Origin: Desulfobacterales bacterium
Lineage (GTDB): Bacteria; Desulfobacterota; Desulfobacteria; Desulfobacterales; UBA2245
Reading direction: 5' to 3'
Length of the DNA: 64,000 bases
Assembly: GCA_040771865.1 (NCBI GenBank)
Contig: JAXGZF010000005.1
Location: forward strand, 310,001-374,000
Shown here: piece after piece, positions 56,740 to 64,000 of the stretch
Layout of the letters: every line of letters begins with the position of its first letter
How positions within the stretch are numbered: position 1 is the first letter of the stretch
Made by a program: the position numbers and the translations under genes
Notes under the pieces: model-generated
The model's input: the letters and a program-made list of their open reading frames with translations, nothing else
Databases searched by the model: none
Told to the model about the DNA's origin: nothing

Positions 56740-57429
56740 ATGGCGAATGAGATAATTCCATATATTGAAATGTGTCGCCGTGAAGGTGTTAGCCTTCAGC
56801 GCGGTATGAACTTCGGTCTTGGAAGAAACCATTCTGTTATTCTCATGTCTGTCAGTCCGGGCGCACCGTATGCAGATAGATTTGAGGATGATGGTTCCAC
56901 CATTGTTTACGAAGGGCATGATGTTCCCCGGTCAACGAATAACCAAAACCCCAAAATAAGTGATCAGCCTGAGTTCTCACCATCTGGTAAACTCACCGAG
57001 AACGGAAAGTTTCATCTTGCTGCACAAGAATATGTTTCCGGCAAAAAACAACCTGAAAGAGTTCGTGTTTACGAAAAGATTAAACAAGGAATATGGTCGT
57101 ATAACGGTGTCTTTCATCTTGTAGATTCATGGAGAGAAAAAATCAACGGTCGCTCTGTATTCAAGTTCAAACTTACTGCAGTTGAGGGCGAAGAAGATTT
57201 CACTTTACCTGTACCTGAACATTCAAAGGTACGCAGAGTCATACCTACATCGGTTAAGCTTGAGGTATGGAAAAGAGATGGTGGTAAGTGTACGAAGTGT
57301 GGCGCTACGGAGGACTTACATTTTGACCACATTATTCCTTGGTCAAAAGGTGGTTCATCAAACACAGCAGCGAATATTCAATTGTTATGTGGGAAGCACA
57401 ACTTAGCAAAGCATGACAAAATTGAATAA
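56740..57429 (+). CDS. Cassette 2: HNH endonuclease with SRA-like N-terminal domain
   Basis: C-terminal RDGGKCTKCG...HFDHIIPWSKGGSS...NIQLLCGKHN. N-terminal SVILMS..PYADR..TIVYEG..N..PERVRVYEK...YNGVFHLVD resembles SRA-fold readers. Confidence 0.85.
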   Translation: MANEIIPYIEMCRREGVSLQRGMNFGLGRNHSVILMSVSPGAPYADRFEDDGSTIVYEGHDVPRSTNNQNPKISDQPEFSPSGKLTENGKFHLAAQEYVSGKKQPERVRVYEKIKQGIWSYNGVFHLVDSWREKINGRSVFKFKLTAVEGEEDFTLPVPEHSKVRRVIPTSVKLEVWKRDGGKCTKCGATEDLHFDHIIPWSKGGSSNTAANIQLLCGKHNLAKHDKIE

Positions 57430-57432
57430 AGC

Positions 57433-57484
57433 GGCCAACCAGTCGCTACAGCGGATCGCGCTCCCGCTGAGCTTTTCGTCGGCC
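57433..57484 (+). other. attC site 2
   Basis: R'' GGCCAAC, spacer CAGTC, L'' GCT(A)CAGCGG pairing with L' CCGCTGAGC, spacer TTTTC, R' GTCGGCC (GTC instead of GTT). Confidence 0.8.
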
Positions 57485-57494
57485 AGGAGATGAT

Positions 57495-58052
57495 GTGGAG
57501 AACTTTCTGGAAGCAGACTACGGACTCGGCCCTCTGCGTGATGTTGAGGCCGCGATCGAGGCAGGGGTGCAGGCGTTGTTTCGGCGCAACAAGGTACAGC
57601 CATGGTTCGACGGTCTGTGGATGAACGAATGCGGAGAAGTACTTCATGGCGCACTTCTTGTCGCCGCACAGGCATATTGTCTGTGCACAGTAGCCGACAC
57701 GAACGAGATCAGGAGAGGCAAAGGGCTCGAACCAGTCGACAAGATCGCTGCGTACCACGCTCATTCGGTCGTGCGGAGCGATCATTCAGTCGTGGAACTC
57801 GTCAACGCCGCCGCGAACTGCTTCAAGCATCGTGATGAATGGGGCGACAATTGGCCGCACAATGGGACGACACGCGCTCTGGCTGCCTACTCAATAACCC
57901 CGGCTACAGAGTTTCCTGTGAATGAGGCCATTGTGATCATCACGACTGAACTCGGGTACCTACGGCTCTCAGACCTTCTCTCGGAGTGGCGCGAGGGGCT
58001 GATTCTGAAATCAAAGCAGGAAGGCCAACAACGCCTTCCATGCGACCGTTAA
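57495..58052 (+). CDS. Cassette 3: hypothetical helical protein, possibly HEPN-like
   Basis: AGGAG 5 nt before GTG; contains VELVNAAANCFKHRDEW; its 3' end runs into attC3. Confidence 0.7.
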   Translation: MENFLEADYGLGPLRDVEAAIEAGVQALFRRNKVQPWFDGLWMNECGEVLHGALLVAAQAYCLCTVADTNEIRRGKGLEPVDKIAAYHAHSVVRSDHSVVELVNAAANCFKHRDEWGDNWPHNGTTRALAAYSITPATEFPVNEAIVIITTELGYLRLSDLLSEWREGLILKSKQEGQQRLPCDR

Positions 58053-58103
58053 TCCGCGCCAGCGACGGTGCGTCTCCTCGGCGCATGAAGGCGGGCGTCC
58101 GTC
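58023..58103 (+). other. attC site 3 (degenerate right end)
   Basis: R'' GGCCAAC; CGCCTTC(C)ATGCG pairs with CGCATGAAGGCG; the R' position reads GTCCGTC. Confidence 0.7.
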
Positions 58104-58120
58104 GAAAATAGGGAGATCGC

Positions 58121-58540
58121 ATGAAAGTATTCACAATTGGATATGGCGGGCGAGGCAAAGATGACTTCTTGATGCTATTGAAATCCAATGGCGTAAAGAC
58201 CATCGTTGATATTCGCTTGCGTCCTGATCGTGCAAGTATGGGAATCTGGGTAAAGGCGAAGACGACCGACAAGGGTATCGAGAGCTGGCTCCGAGAGGCA
58301 GGTATTGGTTATCGCTCCCTCATTGAGCTAGGTAATGTGTTTCTCGATTTTCCGGACTGGCAAGATCGTTACCGACAGTTGCTTGATTCTGCGGGAGAAT
58401 TGCTGACCGATCGGCTCAAAAGCGTTCCCGGGCCGATTTGCCTGCTCTGCGCTGAAAAGCGAGTTGTGGAGTGCCACCGACGGCAAGTAGCTGAATACTT
58501 GGCTGATCGAATGGGGGCACAGATCCAGCATCTGGAGTAA
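58121..58540 (+). CDS. Cassette 4: DUF488 family protein
   Basis: VFTIGYGG, IVDIRLRP and CLLCAEK...CHRR motifs; GGAG RBS. Confidence 0.88.
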   Translation: MKVFTIGYGGRGKDDFLMLLKSNGVKTIVDIRLRPDRASMGIWVKAKTTDKGIESWLREAGIGYRSLIELGNVFLDFPDWQDRYRQLLDSAGELLTDRLKSVPGPICLLCAEKRVVECHRRQVAEYLADRMGAQIQHLE

Positions 58541-58593
58541 CAAATACCCCCAGGTGCTGAATCCGATCGTGTCCCTCACGGGCCATCGCTACC

Positions 58594-59955
58594 CTACCGC
58601 TTATTCGCGCCGCGATTGCTGCCGCAGTCCCCGTTGTTTGCGCCGTCAGCCCGTTCTTTTTCCAGGACAAAAGAATCGTAAATTTCCCCTCTGGCATCAT
58701 AGGACTCGTACTGCAGGCGGTCTTCATCCACGCTGATCACCTGAAACAGCTGACGGCCTGTTCCGGTCTTATCCATGATGTCTTTGTACCGGTTGTCTGT
58801 TTCATAGTATTTCGGGCCGCAGACCGAGATCACATAGACCGTTCCTTTTTCAGTATCCGGCACACGGATGCTGTTTTTGAGCCTAGCGGAACGGCTGTAA
58901 ACATGATCATGGCCCTGGAGCACCAGATCGACTGAATATTTGTCGAAAACAGGAACAAAAAGATGGTGGAGAGGGGAATCCGCTTTTGCTTTGCGTTTTT
59001 TTCCAGTCGAATAGACGGGCTGGTGAATTGCGGCAATGGTCCAGCGCTGAGGATTTTCAGACAAGACGCCGTCCAGCCATACGGCCTGTTTCTCAAGCTG
59101 TTCATTGCCGTTGAGCATCACAAGCCTGACGCCCTGATAATCGATGAAATAAACGGTTTCCTTCAAGCCCTCCGGTCCGTTTTCAGGGAGGGTGAAATGG
59201 GGTCGCCACAGCGGAAACAGTTTAAAGTTATCGCCATGAACGGTTCTTTTGTCGGGATATTCATGGTTTCCGGGCAGCATCATCATCGGGGTTGTTCGCG
59301 GAATCCAGCCAAAGGCGTCAAACAGCCCGGCCCATTCTTCATCCTGATCACCATTGTCCACAAGATCGCCGACGAAAAGCCAGAAGGCCGCGTCCGGCGC
59401 TGTTTGATACGCCGTACGAAATATTCGGGAACACATGGAACGGACTTCTTCCTGAGGATCGCCAAGATATACAAATTTAAATGAAGACGGAGTCTTGCTC
59501 GCTGTTTTGAACTGATTCCACTCGCTCCAGAACGCCCCGTCGCCGACCCGGTAGGCATACAGCGTATCCGGCAGCAGGGAATCGAAGATCGCCGAATAAT
59601 GATACGCCGTTTTCCGGTCGTGTATGGCAACCGGTTCCTTGTCCGCCTGAATTGTCTGTGCTGTTTCGATCAGATCCGATGATTCGTTCACCCGCGCAAT
59701 CTGGGCCTGGGGGCTTGAAACCTCGGATATCGTTCGCCAGGTAACCGCCTGGCTGAACCATGGCTGCTGAGTCAGATTCAATATGATTCTTTCGGGCAGA
59801 AGCTGATGCGGGCAGGCGTTTTCTGAAAAGGCTTCCGGGTTCAGGCATGTTCCATCTTCCTGTTTGATAACACCCAGACAGCCCAGCAAAGCCAGAATCA
59901 GAATGCCCGCACAGACGCTCAAATATCTGCTGGATGCGCGATGAATATTTTTCAT
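58594..59955 (-). CDS. Exported purple-acid-phosphatase-like metallophosphoesterase
   Basis: Signal/lipobox-like N-terminus, FN3-like domain (LLPDTLYAYRVG), and GDPQ, GDLVD, GNHE and GHDH motifs. Confidence 0.92.
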   Translation of the reverse strand: MKNIHRASSRYLSVCAGILILALLGCLGVIKQEDGTCLNPEAFSENACPHQLLPERIILNLTQQPWFSQAVTWRTISEVSSPQAQIARVNESSDLIETAQTIQADKEPVAIHDRKTAYHYSAIFDSLLPDTLYAYRVGDGAFWSEWNQFKTASKTPSSFKFVYLGDPQEEVRSMCSRIFRTAYQTAPDAAFWLFVGDLVDNGDQDEEWAGLFDAFGWIPRTTPMMMLPGNHEYPDKRTVHGDNFKLFPLWRPHFTLPENGPEGLKETVYFIDYQGVRLVMLNGNEQLEKQAVWLDGVLSENPQRWTIAAIHQPVYSTGKKRKAKADSPLHHLFVPVFDKYSVDLVLQGHDHVYSRSARLKNSIRVPDTEKGTVYVISVCGPKYYETDNRYKDIMDKTGTGRQLFQVISVDEDRLQYESYDARGEIYDSFVLEKERADGANNGDCGSNRGANKR

Positions 59956-60203
59956 TTTATTTCTCTTTCAATTTGTGTCGTCGAAGGTAAGAATTTAAAT
60001 GTCATTTCAGAACGCGTCAAGCCCATATGAGTTTATGAGCGTGAACAGTCAGGCAAATTCTGCTTGCAGGAATCGAAAAAATTGAATTGATTCTGAAAGC
60101 TGTTCTGGTAGATATTCGTATTTGAAGACACATAACGCGATGGGTTTTCAGCGGGCGTCACCATCAACCTGAAAGTGCAGATAGAACTCAGGCGGGCCTT
60201 TGT

Positions 60204-62069
60204 ATGACAGGTGATCAGATTGCATTTGTTGCGGTACTGGTGTCCACTCTGCTCATGTTCCTCTGGGGCCGCTGGCGACATGACATGGTTGCCATGGGCG
60301 CGCTGGTCGTTTGTGTGATTCTGGGCCTGGTGCCGGCCGGAGGAGCTTTTGCCGGATTCGGCCATCCGGCGGTGATCACGGTCGCCAGCGTGCTGGTTCT
60401 CGGGTATGGCCTGCAGATTGCCGGGACCGTGGATGAGCTCGCTAAGCGGTTTTTGCCGGCATCTGTGGGGCCGAGTTTGAGCATTCTGGCGCTCATCGGC
60501 CTGGCGGCGGTTCTGTCGGGATTTATGAATAATGTCGGTGCGCTGGCGCTCCTTATGCCGATCGCTATTCAAATGGCGGATAAACAGAATCTGCCGCCCG
60601 GCAAAGTATTGATGCCCCTGTCATTTGGATCGATCCTGGGCGGGATGACGACGCTGATCGGAACGCCGCCCAATCTGATCGTGTCGGATTTTCGCGCTAC
60701 GACCGGAGCGGGTCACTTTGCCATGTTCGACTTTACGCCGGTCGGTGTTTCCGTTGCAGTCATCGGGATTGTCTTTGTGGGGCTGGTCGGCTGGCGGCTG
60801 GTGCCCGCACGAAGGCAGGCGGATGCCGGAAGCTTTGACAGCGGAACCTACTTCAGCGAGGTACGGATCGTCGAGGGCAGCAAGGCAGTAAACAAGAGCT
60901 TGCGCGAGGTTGAGCAGATGATGTATGATGCCGACGCTCAGATTATCGGCATGGTGCGCCGCGACATCCGGATTTCCGCACCGAACCCGAGGCGGATGCT
61001 GCGGGACGGTGATATTCTGGTTATCGAGGTCGAGCCCGAGTCTCTTTCGTTGGCCCTCTCAAGCCTGGGGCTCGAGCTTGAAGGCGATGTCCAGGCCAGA
61101 ACCAACGGCAAAGGCGAGGAAGAGGGCGGGGAAGCACGACAGAACGGAAAGGAGGAAACTCAGGACGACAGTTCTTCGGATGAAAAAAAGAACAAGGGAA
61201 AGGCCCGGGCAGACGATATCCTTATTCAGGAACTGGTTGTGATGCCGAACGCGGCCCTGGTCAACCGGTCCGCCGCCCAAATTCAGCTGCGCACCCGATA
61301 CGGCATCAATCTTCTGGCCATATCGCACGGGGGGCGGCGTTCGATCAAACGCCTCCGGTCAACCCTCATTCAGGCGGGAGATGTCTTGCTCATGCAGGGT
61401 ATGCCCGAAGCCCTGTCCGGCTTTGCCGCCGAATTTGGCTGCCTGCCGCTGGCTGCGCGCGATATCCGGGTTCCGAAAAAAAGGCAGGCTCTTACCGCCG
61501 CACTGGTCATGGCCCTGGCGGTGGGCGTTACGGCGCTGGGGCTGATGCCAGCAGCCGTGTCGTTTGCCGGCGGTGCGCTGGCCTTCGTTGTTTTGGGGAT
61601 TGTTCCGATCCGTTCCGTCTACACGGCAATCGACTGGCCGGTCATCGTACTGCTGGGGGCGATGCTTCCGGTTGCCGATGCCATGGCGTCAACCGGCACG
61701 GCCGATCTGATCTCGCGCTTCCTGCTGGGCACCTTTGCCCATGGACATTCCATCGGCGGACTCATGGTGGTTCTTGTGGTGACCATGTTCCTGTCCGACC
61801 TTATGAACAATGCTGCTACGGCGGCGGTGATGTGCCCGATTGCCATCAGTACTGCAAATCAGCTTGGAATCAATGCCGATGCTTTTTTGATAGCAACTGC
61901 GGTAGGGGCCTCCTGCGCCTTTCTGACGCCCATCGGCCATCAGAACAACACACTGATTCTTGGCCCGGGAGGATTCCGCTTCGGCGATTACTGGCGTCTG
62001 GGCCTGACCCTCGAGGCCATCGTGGTCATGGTCAGCGTACCCATGATTCTTTGGGTGTGGCCGCTCTGA
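60204..62069 (+). CDS. SLC13/DASS-family permease with two TrkA-C domains
   Basis: SGFMNNVGA, LGGMTTLIGTPPNLIV, MNNAATA and FLTPIGHQNN motifs, with central soluble RCK-C repeats. Confidence 0.93.
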   Translation: MTGDQIAFVAVLVSTLLMFLWGRWRHDMVAMGALVVCVILGLVPAGGAFAGFGHPAVITVASVLVLGYGLQIAGTVDELAKRFLPASVGPSLSILALIGLAAVLSGFMNNVGALALLMPIAIQMADKQNLPPGKVLMPLSFGSILGGMTTLIGTPPNLIVSDFRATTGAGHFAMFDFTPVGVSVAVIGIVFVGLVGWRLVPARRQADAGSFDSGTYFSEVRIVEGSKAVNKSLREVEQMMYDADAQIIGMVRRDIRISAPNPRRMLRDGDILVIEVEPESLSLALSSLGLELEGDVQARTNGKGEEEGGEARQNGKEETQDDSSSDEKKNKGKARADDILIQELVVMPNAALVNRSAAQIQLRTRYGINLLAISHGGRRSIKRLRSTLIQAGDVLLMQGMPEALSGFAAEFGCLPLAARDIRVPKKRQALTAALVMALAVGVTALGLMPAAVSFAGGALAFVVLGIVPIRSVYTAIDWPVIVLLGAMLPVADAMASTGTADLISRFLLGTFAHGHSIGGLMVVLVVTMFLSDLMNNAATAAVMCPIAISTANQLGINADAFLIATAVGASCAFLTPIGHQNNTLILGPGGFRFGDYWRLGLTLEAIVVMVSVPMILWVWPL

Positions 62070-62552
62070 GTCCATGTTCGAACTGCCGGCATGGGCTTGG
62101 GATGGAGAACACACCCATTGAGTTATTCGGAAGTCATGGCAAGTAATAGACGCTCGAATGATGTAACTTATTTAATTCAAAAGAAAAACATAATTATTGG
62201 CCTTTGTGAAAAACAGGTCTCGGATCGGCATTATCTCTTTAGATACTTGAAATCGCATTTGAGATTTCTCGAAAACACGGGATGCATGGCGTTGAATCTT
62301 TAGAAAGATCAAAAAAACACTTTAAAAATACTGTATGTTGGTATAACGTAACAAGGCAGTTGAATGATCCAACAAGCGGTTTGCCGCCGATACAAAGCCG
62401 GCCCTTTTATTGATTTTCTAGTTTTTTGTGGAATGGATGTTGCGTTCGGCGTGTTATGGATAAGGACGTTTTTTGAAATATTCACAGGTGGTATGGCGCT
62501 TTCGAACAGGGCGCCAGGATGATGAAACGGCGATTTCATGAAAGGAGAGGGA

Positions 62553-62822
62553 ATGAATAAGAGTGATTTGGTCAACGAGATAGCCAAGGTGGTCAGCACG
62601 AAAAAAGAAGCACAGGCAGCAGTGGATGCCGTATTTGCAAGCATCACCAATGCTTTGAAGAAAAAGGAAAGCGTTACGCTGATCGGCTTTGGAACCTTCA
62701 AGGTTGCGGAGCGCAAGGCCAGAACCGGCAGAAATCCTCAGACCGGCGCAACCATTAAGATCAGCGCCAGAAAAGCGCCCCGGTTTATTCCCGGCAAAGC
62801 CCTGAAGGATTCCGTTCAATAA
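62553..62822 (+). CDS. hup: DNA-binding protein HU
   Basis: MNKSDLV...GFGTFKV..RKARTGRNPQTG..PGKALKD. Confidence 0.97.
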   Translation: MNKSDLVNEIAKVVSTKKEAQAAVDAVFASITNALKKKESVTLIGFGTFKVAERKARTGRNPQTGATIKISARKAPRFIPGKALKDSVQ

Positions 62823-63007
62823 TAATATTCCGGGTGCCGTTGGTCCACCATCCCGGATTCCACCGTACAAGCTAAGATTTTCTTCTGCTCCGGTATGGGT
62901 TGAGCTGTTTCACCAAACACATACCGGTCATTGAAGAAGCGGCATGGTGATGATTCCGGGCGGGGAATTTAAGGCATACCGGCCCTTTCTCAAGTTTCTC
63001 TGCATTC

Positions 63008-63080
63008 AAAAAGCCAACCCGCGGCTGAAACATTTCCGGTGTTATGTTGACCGGAATTTTGGCGGGGTTGGCTTTTTTTT
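63008..63080. terminator. Long hairpin with A and T runs, probable bidirectional terminator
   Basis: AAAAAGCCAACCC...TTCCGGT-loop-ACCGGAA...GGGTTGGCTTTTTTTT between convergent hup and larB. Confidence 0.55.
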
Positions 63081-63150
63081 ATTAAAACACCGCCACTCCA
63101 TGCCTGAAGGCGGGATATTCGCTTTTACAAGGCCGCATGCCTGTAAGATA

Positions 63151-63915
63151 CTATTTATCTGATGCGCGGTTGATGACGGACGCCATATAGCCTGCTCCGA
63201 AACCATTGTCGATGTTGACTACCGCCACATTGGAGCTGCAGCTGTTGAGCATGGCGAAAAGGGCGGTAAGCCCGCCGAAGCTTGCTCCGTAACCCACGCT
63301 GGTGGGAACGGCGATGACGGGGCGATCCACCAGCCCTCCGACCACGCTGGGCAATGCACCCTCCATGCCCGCGACGACAACCAGCACCGATGCGCGGCTG
63401 AGAAGGTCTTTGTAAGAAAGCAGCCGATGAATGCCGGAAACTCCCACATCAAACACGGATTCAACATTGTTTCCCATTGCCTGAGCGGTCAGGCAGGCTT
63501 CCCTGGCGACCGGAATGTCCGAGGTGCCTGCGCAGACCACCACAATCAGACCCTTGCATAGAATGGAGACCTTTCGGTGCTGAACAATCAGCATTCGGGC
63601 GTCTGAATGATATTCCGCCTCCGGAAACCGCGCCATAACCGACCGGGCTTTTTCCGGATCGATGCGTGTCGCCAGAATCACATCCTCCTGAGGCTGCATG
63701 CGTTCGATGATGCCTACAATCTGGTCGGCGGTTTTACCCTGGCCGAAAATAACCTCCGGAAACCCCTTGCGCAGGGAACGGTGATGATCTATATGGGCGT
63801 AGTGAATATCCTCGAAGGCAAGGTGTTTCAGCGCATCGGCTGCGTCATCGACACCGCGCTCGCCTTCGGCGACCGAACGTAAAATTTCATGTAATGATTC
63901 AAGATTCATCGACAT
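63151..63915 (-). CDS. larB: Nickel-pincer cofactor biosynthesis protein LarB (AIR-carboxylase-like)
   Basis: DHHRSLRKGFPEVIFGQGKT, AGTSDIPVA, DVGVSGIHRL, AGMEGALPSV, PTSVGYG and VNIDNGFGA motifs. Confidence 0.93.
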   Translation of the reverse strand: MSMNLESLHEILRSVAEGERGVDDAADALKHLAFEDIHYAHIDHHRSLRKGFPEVIFGQGKTADQIVGIIERMQPQEDVILATRIDPEKARSVMARFPEAEYHSDARMLIVQHRKVSILCKGLIVVVCAGTSDIPVAREACLTAQAMGNNVESVFDVGVSGIHRLLSYKDLLSRASVLVVVAGMEGALPSVVGGLVDRPVIAVPTSVGYGASFGGLTALFAMLNSCSSNVAVVNIDNGFGAGYMASVINRASDK

Positions 63916-64000
63916 TAACCCGCGCTAGGCGTAAAAGTCAGAGCGATATGCATTGCCTGGATAGATAAAACAGACGCAGGCAGCAGGTCAACACAAATTC

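Larger units (their letters stand above)
56120..58541 (+). mobile_element. Integron cassette array without integrase in the window (CALIN)
   Basis: Four attC hairpins alternate with four co-oriented single ORFs. The first two cassettes are visibly AT-rich relative to the flanks. Confidence 0.85.

Noticed and set aside
58535..58600. Fifth attC after DUF488
   Set aside because: GAGTAAC is present, but I found no L boxes, stem or GTT partner.
63915..64000. Possible 3' end of an upstream minus-strand gene with a TAATG overlap into larB
   Set aside because: Only 27 codons are visible and the peptide is unrecognisable.

Overview
Bacterial chromosomal window with GC-rich coding DNA. Gene content and order suggest an anaerobic deltaproteobacterium (Desulfobacterota-like), which is an inference. 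Most of it is housekeeping: ftsK (partial), rnj, plsC, peptidases and hydrolases, an MCP, murJ, paaK, cls, metF, cutA, nudC, amtB-glnK, pdxST, an orphan PilB/GspE-type ATPase, gltA, a four-gene glycogen cluster, a metallophosphoesterase, an SLC13 permease, HU and larB. Mobile DNA comprises an intact IS4-family element with a 9-bp target duplication, an internally deleted IS3-family element, and a 155-bp MITE-like element that duplicated the glgP Shine-Dalgarno. The strongest unannotated signal is an integron-type cassette array at about 56120-58541 with four attC sites and no integrase in the window (a CALIN). Its four cassettes encode a PD-(D/E)XK nuclease, an SRA-like/HNH nuclease, a possible HEPN-like protein and DUF488, so it is a candidate anti-phage array. 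Other leads are two paralogous unknown genes flanking nudC, two four-cysteine mini-proteins flanking a STAS-like gene, eukaryote-type glycogen debranching and branching enzymes, a structured pdxS leader and three 7-nt periodic tracts. I recognised no rRNA, tRNA or CRISPR array. All assignments come from reading motifs by eye; no searches were run.
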